This document shows, in pieces, positions 40,860-53,740 of a stretch of DNA of 64,000 bases. The notes under the pieces are model-generated. The model was not told the DNA's origin. It did no database searches and saw only the letters and a list, made by a program, of their open reading frames with translations. The DNA is from Callorhinchus milii. Taxonomy: Eukaryota. The position numbers and the translations under genes are program-made. Positions within the stretch are counted from its first letter, which is position 1. Each line of letters starts with the position of its first letter. The stretch lies in NCBI RefSeq assembly GCF_018977255.1, contig NW_024704742.1:73968001-74032000 (forward strand), read 5' to 3'.

Positions 40860-43040
40860 CATTTTGAACCTTCCCTAATTAGAAGGAGGGAACAGAGACG
40901 TGTTCTGAAGCTGCCAAAGTCACTCTTTTGTTGAACACTGGAAGATACAAGAGTGGCCCAGAACATTATATTTGGGAAAGAGAATAGAGGAACTAAGATG
41001 GGTGAGGAAAAATTAGAGCATGAAAGCACATATGCTACATGCCTTTGCACTAATGGGTTTAGAGAACAGTAATGTAATTTCATTATTCAAGAAGGAAGGA
41101 GGGAACCAAGCAAGCAACTGTGGGCTCAAAGATTTACCAGTGGTGGGTAAATTACTGGAATCTATCACAGGGACAGAATAAATGAGCATTTAACAACAAT
41201 TTACATTTATATAGTGCACTTCTCGCAGGGTAGGTTCCAGAGCATTTGACAGTGGTGAAGCAGGTGACTGTAAGCACGGTTCGAAGAGGAAGGTCTTGCG
41301 GTGCGACCTGAAGTTGTGGGAAGGAAGGGGCGAGACGGAGAGATAAGAGAAAAGTGTTCCAGAGTTTCGGGGCGTATTGGCTGAAAGCACAGCCACCGAT
41401 AGTGGAACGGAGGGCATGAGGGACATACAAGAGGCTGGAGCCAGTCAAATGGAGGCTGCGGGTAGTGGACTGCGGAGTAAGCAGGTCGGAGAGTTAGGAA
41501 GGAGCAAGGGCATGTAGAGATTTGAAAACGAGTTTGAGAATCTTGAAATCGATCCATTCAGCAATAGGGAGCCAGTGGATCCTGGCGAGAACTGGGGTGA
41601 TGGAGATACGGAATTTAGTGCAGGCGAGTACGCGGGCGGCGGAGTTTTGGATCAGCTGGATCTCGGGAATAAAACCCAAATTTGCCCATCCTCTCACCAC
41701 AGGAATCTCTGATGAATCTGCAAACTTGCTTAAACTCCCATATCCTCCTTCATTCAGTTCTTCAGTACAGATTCCTATGAGTCACCAGATTCTGTTGGAT
41801 TCCTGTCTTCAAATGGATCGGCCTTACCCTCACATATATATCCCTCAATGCCCTAGCACTTCCCTATTTCTCTTATCTGCCCAGCCTCAGTGGCCGAGCA
41901 TTTCGTCCATCTGCCCTAACCTCTGGAAATGCCTGACTCTATTCCTCCGTCTGTCTTTAAAGCCCACTTTAAAACTTACCTCATCAACTGCGCCTGTGGT
42001 CACCTCCCCCTTCCCCTCCTCAACTCGACACCCATCCATTTTGAAGCACTCCCAGTTATTATGAATACAAGTTGCAGTTATTTATATTGGTTCCGGTCTA
42101 CTCCATGTCTCCCGCCCGACCTGCCCTACACTCTGGAACTCCATCCCACAGTCCCTTTACCTCACTTCCTCCCTCGTCTCCTTCAAGACCTCCTCTTCGA
42201 TCGTGCCTTCAGTCGCCCTCCCACCTCTCTCCCTTCCCTCACTCCTACCCCACCCCTCCCCCATGCTGGGGTCCCAACCCCTGACTGTCCAGCACCTTGG
42301 GACGTCCTCCTGACGTGAAAGGCGCTCTACAAATGTAGTTGTTGTTTTGTACCAATTACATCTTTGAATGTTTATTGGTAAATTTACCAACTAATAGATC
42401 CCCCCCATTTTATTGCGATCAATTTAAACATAAAAAAAAGAAACATACAGCGCAAGAGGGGGCCATTTGGTCCAACAAGCATGCTCATAGAGGAAGGATG
42501 TTGCTTCATCCCACTGGCCCCCTTATCCTTATCCCGCCTTATCCCACCGCTTCACGACTCTTTTATATATATGTCTTCCCTAAGATACAGTGATCTCCGC
42601 CCCTAACACCCTACCCAGGAGGGCATTCCACCCCAGCTACTCTCTTGGTGAAAAAAGTTCTAAGTTCTCCTTTTGATCTTGTGACTATCTTATAACTATG
42701 TCCCCTAGTTACTGGCTTCCCTATCAATGGAAATAACTTCTCTCTAATTACCCTAACAAACACCCCTCATAATTTTGTACACCTCTGCCAGGTCCCAACC
42801 CTCTCTGCTCAAATGAAAACAGAACCAGCCACGCCAATCTCTCCTCATAACTGAAGCCCTTCATTCCTGGAATCATTCTCAGAAACCTACTGTGCACTAT
42901 ATTCTGTGAAGCGCTTTGAGATGTCTCAATGATGTGATAAGGCGCTAAATCAAATGCAAGTATTATTATCATCTTTCCTAAAGTGAGACCCCCAAAACTG
43001 AACGCAACACTCCAGTTGCAGCCTAACCAATGATCTATAC
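40860..43040. mobile_element. Cluster of LINE fragments: CR1 RT piece (~40860-41190 +), L2 (~41190-41660 -), L2 3' ends (~41850-42345 +), CR1 3' end (~42440-43040 -)
   Basis: GKLLESI..DRI.EHL; QNSAAR/IHWLP; L2 tails; RMIPGMKGFSYEERL. Confidence 0.75.
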
Positions 43041-43534
43041 AAACTTAGCATTGTTGCTTTTTTATTATTTTTTATTTCTTATCTGTTCTTCATGCTATCA
43101 AAATTGGTGTTGTTTAAATATAATAATATAAAAGCTTCATTTTTGATCGTTCTCATTTGCTCTCAAAACCAATATTAAATTATGTCATGTTATGATCACT
43201 ATTTCCCAATGTTCCCTTACCATCAAATTGTTAGTTAGTGTTGTTAGTTATCACCTGGGCCAATAGAAAGGTGCGGAGATATTTGCCAAAGTTTGCAGGG
43301 AGATCTACGATTCTTGCGGAAAATTGCGGGGGTTTTGATTGGTGCTATTGAGGTACATTTACTACAAACATACATTTGTTCACTTTATTAATAAAAATCA
43401 AACATGAGGAAATACATATTAAGATTGTTGCAAAAGCAATTATTAATTGCTTCTTTAACAAAAACTGTGTGGCCCTTTGGGGGGGGGGGGGGGGGGGGAG
43501 AAGCTCACCACCTCCTGCCTCTCAGGGCCCAGCA

Positions 43535-44560
43535 CCACACACAGAGAGAGACACAGAGAGAGACACACATACTCAGACACAGAGACAAACGCACATGCAC
43601 ACACACACACACAGAGGAGAGATGCACATTCACTCATAAACACCCAAAACTATAGAAGACACACGCAGACACACTCACAAACATATACACATTCAGAGAG
43701 AAGCACACTCACACAGACACTAACAAACACACACATATACAGGAGAGGCACACTCACATAGACACTAACAAACACATAAGAGAGACACACACACATGCAC
43801 TCACAAACACAGACTCACACACACAGACACTCATAAACACATAGAGACTCACACACACACAAACAGAGACTCACACACACACTCACTCACAAACACATAG
43901 AAACTCACACACACACTCACAAACACAGAGACACACACACACATAGAGATTCATACACACACAGACACTCTCAAACACATAGAGACTCTCTCACACACAC
44001 ACACTCACATACAGAGAGATTCATACACATACACAGAGACACACACACTCAAACACATAGAGAGATTCATACACACACAGACACTCACAAACACACAGAG
44101 ACTCATACACACACACACACACAGAGACACTCACAAAAACATAAGAGACACACACACAATCACAAAGAGACACACACACACCAACACTCACAAACACGTA
44201 GAGACACACACACACAGACACTCACAAACACGTAGAGAGACTCACACACACACACAGACACTCACAAACACATAGAGAGACTCACACACACAGACACTCA
44301 CAAACACATAGAGAGACTCACACACACAGACACTCACAAACACATAGAGAGACTCACACAAACACTCACAAACACATAGAGAGACTCTCACACACACACA
44401 GACACGTAGAGAGACTCACACACACAGACACTCACAAACACATAGAGAGACTCACACACACACACAGACACTCACAAACACATAGAGAGACTCACACAAA
44501 CACTCACAAACACATAGAGAGACTCTCACACACACACACAGACACTCACAAACACAGAGA
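43535..44560. repeat. Compound CA/GA-rich satellite; resumes at ~45470-45740
   Basis: Recurring unit 'cacagacactcacaaacacatagagagactca(ca)n'. Confidence 0.95.
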
Positions 44561-45465
44561 CAACAACAACAAAATTACATTTATAGAGCACCTTTCATGT
44601 TGGGGCCTGAGCATGGGGGAGGGGTGGTGTAGGGGTGAGGGAAGGCAGAGAGGTGGGAAGGCGACCAAAAGCACGATTGAAGAAAAGGGTCTTGAAACCG
44701 GCCTTGAAGGAGGCAAGGGAGGACGCGAGGCGAAGGGACAGTGGGATGGAGTTCCAGAGTGTGGGCGCAGAGAGGCTGAAAGTCCGGCCACCGATGGTAA
44801 GGCGGGTCGGGAGACGTGGAGCAGTCCGGAGCCCGCTGAACGGAGGGAGCGGGCAGGTTGGTAGGGAGTCAGCAGGTCAGAGAAGTAGGAGGGGGCAACA
44901 ACAAGATTACATTTGTGTAGTGCCTTTCACGTCAGGAGGACGTCCCAAGGCGCTGGACAGTGTACAGTATTTCAGATCCGAGTTGGGATCAGAGTAGGAG
45001 AAGGGAGGGCAAGTGGGGTGACCAATGGCATGGTCGAAGAGGAGGTTTTGAGGCGGGATTTGAAGGAGGCTAAGGAGGGGGTGAGGCGGAGTGATTGGGG
45101 GATGGAATTCCAGAGGTTGGGGGCAGAGAGGTTGAAGGATCTCCCACCAATGGTGGGGCGGATGAGTTGCGGGACGTGGAGCAGGCCATTTGCATAGTTT
45201 GCATGAACATGAGTTTCAGCGGCCTGAAGGGTGAGGTAGTGGCGGAGTAGGCGATGTTAGGAGGTGAGGGAAGGCAGAACAGGTCATGAAGATCTTGAAC
45301 TCGATCCTCTGGCGGATGGGGAGCCAGTGGAGTTGGGCGAGGGTGGGAGTCATGGGTTCATGGTGCGCGAGAGTACACAAGTTGCAGAGTTTTGGATGAT
45401 CTGCAACCTGTGAAGGGAAGAGTTAGGAAGACCGAAGAGGAGGGAGTTTCCGTAATCGAGTTTCC
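44560..45465 (-). mobile_element. Stacked L2 3' fragments inserted in the CA satellite
   Basis: Two tail-bearing L2 3' ends (~44560 and ~44897) plus internal L2 pieces. Confidence 0.85.
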
Positions 45466-46120
45466 ATAATAGAGAAACTCACACACGCGCACACACACAC
45501 ACACACACAGAAACTCACAAACATAGAGAGACTCACACAAACAGACACTCACAAACACATAGACTCACAAACACACACAGAAACTCACAAACATAGAGAG
45601 ACTCACACAAACAGACACTCACAAACACATAGAGACACACACCACACACTCACAAACACATGACACACACACACAGACGCTCACAAACACAGAGAGACAG
45701 ACACGCACACACAAACGCATATAGAGAGACACAGACAATCACAACAGCGAGGCCTCCGCGTGGAGTGAAGCCCATTAGCAGCTTGCACCACACCTCGCAG
45801 GCACGTCTCGAGCCGCCCCGCCCACCGTTACATCATGCAAACAGCACTGAGGCCCGCGGGCCCAAAACTACATTTGTAGTGGGTTTTGTGGCGGATTCCA
45901 CGGGAGGAAAGTGCGGCCACACTTTTCTATTAACCCAGGTTATCACTAAGTCAAGTATGATTTGTTCCTTTGTTGGTTCTAACAGATAATATTCAAGAAA
46001 CTAATCTGGATACATTGTAGAAATATATTGGCTTTGCTACCGGAATGAGGACCACACAAAAGCAGAAAGACACAGGCAGGTCACCTAAAACCACCAGTAG
46101 ACATTTTGGTGTAAACTAAC

Positions 46121-46234
46121 CTGATGTTATTCACACAATCCTCATGAGCGTCAGACAAAGTTTTGATATGTTTTGAAGATACTGGATCAAACAAGAGGAT
46201 TTCAGTCTGCTCACAAGCCACTGTTAGAACTGAT
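46121..46234 (-). CDS. DCAF10: DCAF10 exon 2 (SVLTVACEQTEILLFDPVSSKHIKTLSDAHEDCVNNIR)
   Basis: tgtag acceptor, AG|gttagt donor; phase 2-2. Confidence 0.96.
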
Positions 46235-46729
46235 CTACACAGGAAAATAAACAACATCAAAATAATTACTTTATTTCCTGTCCAGACTATGTTAAATATT
46301 ACTAAATGGATTTAATTATGAAACATTTTCTTTGGTTTCTTTCGTATAATTTAACACCCAGCTGACCACAAAATATCAATGGCAAAGATTATTGTTGTTG
46401 TAACTGAGGTCTTGGAAACAATACATACAAAATACAATGCAAAATTAAATCCATATTGTGATTTCAAAAGCAAACAAATGTGCTGTCTGTGTATGAAGAG
46501 AGGTATACACATATAGTCTGTGTGAATATACCGTGTGTCTTTTTTTGGGGTGTGGGCGGAGGGAAGAGGTTAGCCAAAGTGTTTGACATGTGCAGAAATC
46601 CATCATAATTTGAATATCCAAAGCAAAATATTGAGTATTTCATATATGTATGGAAATTTGTCTGAATGAAGTGTGCACTCAATTCTGAGAGGAATGCATA
46701 TACAGTAATATTCACATCTCGAAGCATGT

Positions 46730-46825
46730 AGGTTAGAAGATCAGCCATGATCTTATTAAATGGTGGGGTAGGCTTGAGGGGCCGAATGGCCTACTCCTGC
46801 TCCTGATTCTTAAGTTCTTATGTTA
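46730..46825 (+). mobile_element. CR1 3' UTR end
   Basis: gatcagccatgatctt...ggggccgaatggcctactcctgctcct...tcttatgtt, typical of chondrichthyan CR1 3' ends. Confidence 0.75.
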
Positions 46826-47940
46826 ATCATCCAATGGCACTGTTCAAAGAGAAAGAAGTTTCTCTATCCCAGTGTCCTGGCCAACAATAAAATTGGTCAT
46901 TCGTTTCAGCGCTGTTTGTGAGCTGTTGCTGTGTGAAAATTGTGCTGCCGTATTCGCCTATAAATATACAGTCACTCCATGTCACTGCAAATGCCAGGAT
47001 TATCATTTTCATTCATCAGAGCCAGAAACAGCCATGGATCCAATAAGCTTCCAACAAGCAACTGCCAGCCTCAGCAATTGATGGTCACTCGATCCATGAG
47101 TGTGTGCGGGACACTGCCGTGCGCACTTGGCCATGGCATTTCGCCCACAAAATGCACTTTGCAGCGTATGCTGTAAAGCGCTTTGAGACGTCTCGGAAGG
47201 CGTAATAACAATCCTTGCGTTTGATGTTAACGCCTGATCACACCTTCCAGACGTCCCAAAGCGCTTCACAGAAATATACTGCAGAGCGAACCGACTGTAC
47301 ATAACCGTGGGCGAAGCGCGGCAGCCGGGTCGCGCACGGCCGCGATCCCACAAGCAGTCGCGGAATGAAGTGACCGATTTATTTTAGGTAATCACTACCC
47401 CCCCCCCGGAAAAGCCATCCGCCGACCAACTGACAGCCGGGTTCCTGTTCGGATGGGCAAACGGAGGCGCGCGGAGCGGAGTAGGGAAACTTGCCCAACA
47501 TTTCGCCCCGGCCGGGAATCAAACCCGGGGAGGGGGGGAGGGAGGGGGTCTCGCTCGCCAGGCGGGAGCTCGAACCCCTGAGCCACAGGACAAGGCACTA
47601 CACCAAAGGCGAAAGGATAAGAATAATAATAATAATCCTTGCATTTGATATAGCGCTTTTCACGTCGGGAGGACGTCCCAAAGCGCTTCACAGAACACAC
47701 TGTAAAGTGAGTTGACTGTATATTTGTGGGTGAACGCGGCAGCCAATTGCGCACAGCAATGCCCCACAAACAGTCATATGCATTGAAAATGACCAATTTA
47801 TTATTATTGTTTTGGTTTTGGAGGGATTATTATTAGGCTCTGTGTGGAGTAAGGAAACTTGCCCAAGGTTTCGCCCTCTGCCTGGAATTGAACTCAGGTC
47901 TCTCGCTTGCAAAGCGAGTGCTCTAACCACTGAGCTACAG
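46826..47940. mobile_element. SINE cluster in DCAF10 intron 1 (Deu pieces on +; two head-to-tail tRNA SINEs on - at ~47200-47600 and 47622-47940)
   Basis: Minus-strand A/B boxes (tagctcagtgg, gttcaattcc), shared Deu 3' block and (TTA)n tails. Confidence 0.85.
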
Positions 47941-48110
47941 GAAGGATTGGTGTAACCGCGATTTAAACCTTCCTGTTGTTGTTGTTGTGGTGGTGGTGTG
48001 TGTGTGGTGTGTGTGTGTGTGGGTCACCCCCTGATCCGGTTCACCACGCGGTGATCCCGGTGTCCGGGGTGGGGGGGGGGGAGGGGGGCACACGGTGTCG
48101 GGGCTCTTAC

Positions 48111-48406
48111 CCGTCTGGGGAGTACTCCAGGTTGAACACGGCGCCGTGAGTCTTCGTGCTCAGCGGCACCGAGTCCGCCGGGTTCATGGAGCTGTACAGA
48201 CTGGTCATGATTCTGAAGGTCTCGCGTCCCGGATCCACCAGCGCCCCGAGGCCTCGGCCCACCGAGCGCCTGTTCAGCCACGAGAAGACGCCGGCCGGGG
48301 GAGCGCGGCGGTGGTGGTGGTGATGGCGGCGGCTGGGGGCCGGGGCCGGCGGTGCCACCGACGGGCATTGCTCAGCCCCGGGCCGCTGCTTCTTGTCAGC
48401 GCTCAT
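48111..48406 (-). CDS. DCAF10: DCAF10 exon 1 (MSADKKQRPG...RRHHHHHRR...FSWLNRRSVGRG...THGAVFNLEYSPDG)
   Basis: GCCATG start in a CpG island; GG|gtaaga donor; 'HGAVFNLEYSPDG' match; start codon inferred. Confidence 0.9.
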
Positions 48407-48419
48407 GGCCTCCTCGCAG

Positions 48420-48500
48420 TGCCGCCCACCAGCCTCGCGCCGCCCCGCCCCGCGCGCACTTCCGGCCCAACCGTCACAACGGCCACAAGCCTCGCGTCCC
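48420..48500 (-). promoter_or_regulatory. DCAF10 CpG-island promoter/5' UTR with GC boxes and an ETS motif
   Basis: ccccgccc GC boxes near 48443-48452 and CCGGAAGT (minus strand) at 48458-48465. Confidence 0.6.
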
Positions 48501-48514
48501 AGCAAAGCCGCTCC

Positions 48515-48970
48515 CCCGACAGCACAGCCCGGCACAACCCGCCCCCCCCCCCCCACAGCCCGGCACAACCCGCCCCCCCCCCCCCCGACAGCCAGCCCGG
48601 CACAACCCGCCCCCCCCCCCCCCCCGCAACACAGCACAGCCCGGCACAACCCGCCCCCCCCCCCCCGACAGCACAGCCCGGCACAACCCGCCCCCCCCCC
48701 CCCCGACAGCACAGCGCCGGCACAACCCGCGCCCCCCCCCCCCCCCCGACAGCACAGCCAAACCCGCCCCCCCCCCCCCCCCCGACAGCACAGCACAACC
48801 CGCCCCCCCCCCCCCCCCCGACAGCACAGCACAACCCGCCCCCCCCCCCCCCCCCGACAGCACAGCCCGGCACAACCCGCCCCCCCCCCGACAGCACAGC
48901 CCGGCACAACCCGCCCCCCCCCCCCCCCGACAGCACAACCCGCCCCCCCCCCCCACCACACAACCTCTGC
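48515..48970. repeat. GC-rich minisatellite with long C runs upstream of DCAF10
   Basis: Unit approximately 'gacagcacagcccggcacaacccg(c)n', about a dozen copies. Confidence 0.95.
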
Positions 48971-50459
48971 CACACCCCTCCCCGACAACACAACCCCCCA
49001 CAACTCTCCCATTTATCTTTAAGACGCGATAAGGCGCTATATCAAATGTACGGATTATTATTATTTACATTAAACTTTATAGCGTAGAAAGAGGCCATTC
49101 AGCCCAACCGTGCGGGTGTTTCTATATTCCACACGACCCCAATCCCTCACTGAGAGCCCTCTATGCCCCTAAACCCACTCTTATATCTACAACTAACTTT
49201 TATATCTGTGCCCTCTAACTTGTGGATTTATCGACCAGTGGAGACAGCCTATTAACAACCACCTTATCAAATCCTCACATAACCTTAAACCCCTCTCAAC
49301 TATCTCAGCTCTGTCTAATCTTTCTTGTTGGCCGTAGCCACTCGTTCCTGGTAACTTATTAATTTTACACAGCACTCCCTCCATCTACAATGTCAAAATG
49401 CCTCAAAGAGCTTAACAGTTAATTCCTGTCATGTATAGTCACTGTACTTGAAGGTGAGCGCACAACTGTGGCCCACAAACAGCCTTAAAAGTGAATGATC
49501 GATTCTATTTGGATGATTGTTGCGCAACAATCCAGGAATTTCCCGGAGAAATTCACTTCTCTTTCTTTTAAAGACAAATGACGAAAATCTTTATCATCAA
49601 ATTGTTGAGTTGTTTTACAACAAGCCACTATTATTGATGAAATATAACAGGAAAAAATGGATGAATTGAGAAACAATGCTTTTCCACAGTCCTCACCCTT
49701 GTTTTCTTTACGAAATTTTAATGTTTTGAACAAACATTTTCCTACTAAACATTATCTACTTTCAGTGCTTGCAGACTCTATATTTTTGCCAAAGTGCCAA
49801 ATAACAGCAAAACGCGTTTAAAAAAAGGAAATGCTTCAGAAGGTGTCTTTCACTTTCATGTTAAAGAACCAGGGCCAGATCCAGATCAAGACAGATCTCA
49901 TTTGGGGGCCCTTTGAGCTACGCATGCAAAATGTACAGCAATATATTTTTAAGATACTTTCCTGCATGACTTCACTGTTGCAAACATGTCAGCTGAATGA
50001 TCAAAACTTAGCGTTCATGTCAAATCATGCTCAACAGACATGATTAGGAGTGCATTAAATCTATCCTGGATCTTTGTAGATCTGAGTGAGTTTTTGATGA
50101 GACTCACCTTTAAGAACGAGTAGTTCACCTTCACAGTATTACTGGTCCTGTTAAGAACATATGAAGAGCAACAATGTTAGAAATGTTGATTCCACCAAGG
50201 GGCTCTGTTTCATAGGCAGCACTTGAATATTTCTCACGGAGTTATCTCACAATTATTACATGATATGAAATCCAGAAGGTGCACAAATTCACCAACACTG
50301 TCTGTATCAAAATTTTGTTTTTTCAGTGCTATTAAGATAAGCTTGATGCTGCTAGACATGCCTCCTGCTCTCCATCTGTCTCTTACCTGGTCTGACTTCC
50401 TGGTGATATGACTCATACCTCCAGCTGTACCCTCTTGCTGTCACTCACCACGGAGCCTC

Positions 50460-51640
50460 ACCAACAACAACTTGCATTTATATAGCGCCCTTCACACAGG
50501 GCAGTGTCTCAGAGTGCTTAACAGTGGTGGAGCCTGACTCTGAGTCAGAGAGAGTGAGGAGGTGACGGTAAGCCTGGGTGAAAAAGAAGGTCTTCAGTTG
50601 TGACCTAAAGGAGAGGAAGGAGGGGGCAAAGTGGAGGGATTAGGGGAAGAGTTCCAAAGCTTTGGGGCATACTGCTTCAAAGCGTAGCTACCGATGGTGG
50701 AGCGTAGGGGGCGAGGGACAAGCAGGAGACCAGAACCATCTGAGGGGAGGCAACACATAGTGGAGTGGGGAGAAAGTAGATCAGAAATATAGTGAGGTTG
50801 CCAGAGTGCAAAGGGATTTGTAGATGAGTGAGAGGATCTTGAAATCAATCTTCTGTGATAGGGAGCCAGTGGTGCCTAGCGAGGACTGGTGTGATGGGAG
50901 TACAAAGTTTAGTGTGGGTGAGAATACAACCAGCGGAGTACTTTGTGGATAGTGGAGCTGAGGAGACCAGCGAGCAATGCATTGGTGAAGTCGAGGCGGG
51001 AGGTGATGAAGACGAAGACAAAACGTTTCGGCTGCCTTGGGGGTGAGGTACGGTCAGAGGCGGGCAATGTGATAGAGGTGATGGAAAGCGATTTTGTTTC
51101 GGGATTGGATGATGGGGAGGAAGAACCTGACATCCAGGTTAAGTACAGCTTTGGTAAATCTTAGGAAAGGCAGGGGCGGTGGAGGAGGTCAGAGCCACAG
51201 GAGAGAAGCTGTCTTGTTGAAGTTTGTGCTCATCCACGTCTTAATGTGCCGGGCAGTCAAGCTCACAGAACATTAGTGGACCTGGAGTCATAACTGGATG
51301 AGAAATAGATTTGGATGTCATCCACATATATGTGGAAGTTTACTCCATGTCTGGGGATGACATTGCCAAGAAGGAGCATGTAAATGAGGAATAGAAGGGG
51401 GCCAAGGATGGAGCCTGTGACCGGCCGGGGTCAGAATGAAAAAACTTCTGTGGAGACGAAGTGCTGGCGGTTGGTCAAGGACTTGAACCAGGCGGCAAGT
51501 GTAGTGCCACTGAAGTGGATGAGGGAGGAGGCGGTGGAGGAGGACGGGTTGAGAATGCAGCAGAGAGGTCCAGGAGGAAAAGGAGGCAGAGGGAGCCCTG
51601 GTCGCAGAGAGAGAGGACGTCATTAGTGACTTTGATGGGC
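50460..51640 (-). mobile_element. Degraded L2 LINE fragment
   Basis: VTNDVL, LLDLSAAF, SRLDFTNALL, YAPKLWNS and (TTG)n tail. Confidence 0.85.
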
Positions 51641-53120
51641 TGGTAAATAACACAATGAGTGCCCTGCCCCTCTCCCTCCTCCACGCTGCCTCCTTTAGCC
51701 CCCACTGACTCCATGACTGCGGGTTGACTATGTCCCGCAGATTGATTTGCCTCCAGTCTCGGCATGTGTGTTTCAGCTGCCGCCACAATCAGAGCCACCC
51801 CCTCCTAAAAAAAACCCACTTCTCTTCCCCACCCTTCACTACTCCCACTCAATCTTTCTCTTCTATCATCCTCCTCACCTTCTCTTGCACCTGGACCCTT
51901 CCACAGCCTCCCTCTGGTCTAGCCTGGGCATCCTTCGCCAGGCTCATCGTGATACTTGTCAGCAAGCAGAACTCCTGACTCCCACATCCCCTACTTTCTC
52001 TGCAAGGCCCACCTCCCCCACTAGCTAACCCCCCCTTCCCTCATCCACATCCTTCCCAATTCTCCCCCCTCATACTCAACAGTCACACTCAAAAGCGTGA
52101 GAGGGCGCTATATCAGATGCAAGATACAACCCCTCCTACTTCCTCCCCCGCCAGGGCCCCTATTCGGAGTGCCCTCCAAAATCCTTGTGTCTGATATAGC
52201 GCCTTATCACGTTATTGAGAATGACTGTTGATTAGGAGAAGGGAGAGTTGGGGAGAGCAACGGGAAGACAAGACAGTCAGGAGGCAAAGGCATGAAACAA
52301 AGTCAGTGCCCCTCAGAACTTGGGGCCCTGAGTCATGGTTTACCTGGCTTGTTGGTTTATCTGGCCCTGCTCAGAACAACTGTAATTCACAACTTTAAAA
52401 CGTATCACTTGATCATTGACTTTTGAAATATTGTAAATCTTGAGAAACCTGCTCTAGGAAGCTGATGATGACCTCATCAGCTTGGTATAACTTGGAAGGA
52501 CAGGCCAGTCACTGGGGGAAGGGAGTCATCCCACTCAGCTCCTATTAACCCTGCAAGCCAAAGCCCTAACAGGTACGTTGGTCCTAGCTGGATAATCAGT
52601 GAGAAAGCTTGCCAGACAGCAATTTCAATGGCAAGCTATGCGGTTTTAGCTGGTTAGACTCCAGCAGTTACCCCAACGCACATTCTGGAGTCCCCAAGCC
52701 TTGGCTCTTGCCAACCTGCGCCTAATTCTTTCCGAAATTAGGTAAACAGGATGTGTCCCTCCAGGGCATTCCATTCCAACAATCTATCTCTGGATTTCCA
52801 TGTGCAGGTGGGATGCAGGGAAATCACAGCTTGGTTTGGATACTCCATAAACAGTAACCTCCTGATATATCGTCACTCCAAGGGAAAAAAGCCCAGTGAT
52901 CCTCATATCTGGGGGTGACTATGTAGGCATGAGTCCTCCAGGGCCACTGGGGGCCTGAAACAACCATGAGGACCGAGACCAACACACACTGCTCAGTTTT
53001 TATGCTATACCCAGTTGTCAAGCACCAGCTAAATAGGTAGCACATGCAATGAATATTTAACACTTATGCACTATATCAAATGCAAGGATTATTATTGTTA
53101 TAAACCCTTTGTCACTGATT

Positions 53121-53740
53121 TATAATAATCCTTGCATTTGATGTAGCGCCTTATCACGTCTTTGAGACATCCCACCGAATGTATGTAAAATGAATTGACT
53201 TGTGTATTTTGTGGGCAAAACGCAGCAGCCAATTGCACAGAGCAGTGTCCCACAAACAGTCATGGATTGAGTGACCAATTTATTATTATTATTTCAAGGG
53301 ATTATCACCCCCAGAAAAGCAATACGCGAATCGACTAAAAATAAAAAGGTTCTTGCTTGCTTACTGCTTGGTAACCAGAGGCGTGAGGAGTAATTTGCCT
53401 AACGTTTCGCCCTGATGGGATTCAAACCCAAGTTCAATTGTTGGCCAGGACACCAGGAGAAACTCCCTTCGCTTTCTGAATAGTAACATGGGATCTTTAA
53501 TAACATCCACCTGAACAGGCAGATAGGACAATGCAACACACCCCCAGCACCGAATTGGAGTGTCACCTTAGACTAAATGATTCCAAGCCGCAACGTGGGG
53601 CTTGAACCCACAACCTTCTGGCTCAGGGACAAGAATGAACCCTTTGTCACTGATTTATAATAATAATCCTTGCATTTGATGTAGCACCTTATCACGTCGA
53701 GATGTCTCACAGAATGTACTGTAAAATGAATTGACTCTAA
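53121..53740 (-). mobile_element. Chimeric SINE (Deu 5' half joined to a second tRNA SINE) followed by a further SINE tail
   Basis: Two B boxes, Deu core and two (TTA)n tails, each preceded by aaccctttgtcactgattt. Confidence 0.75.

Larger units (their letters stand above)
43255..45938. mobile_element. Non-autonomous DNA transposon (hAT-like) carrying nested microsatellite and L2 insertions
   Basis: Terminal inverted repeats (TIRs) ctgggccaatagaaaggtg / cacttttctattaacccag; 8-bp TSD gttatcac at 43247-43254 and 45939-45946. Confidence 0.8.

Noticed and set aside
47865..47940. tRNA gene (also at ~6620-6690 and ~4630-4700)
   Set aside because: A/B boxes run directly into SINE body and tail without a clean acceptor stem; these are SINE heads
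48095..49087. Long Pro- or Gly-rich ORFs on both strands (up to 330 aa)
   Set aside because: They arise from the stop-free C-run minisatellite; only 48111-48406 on the minus strand is supported as coding
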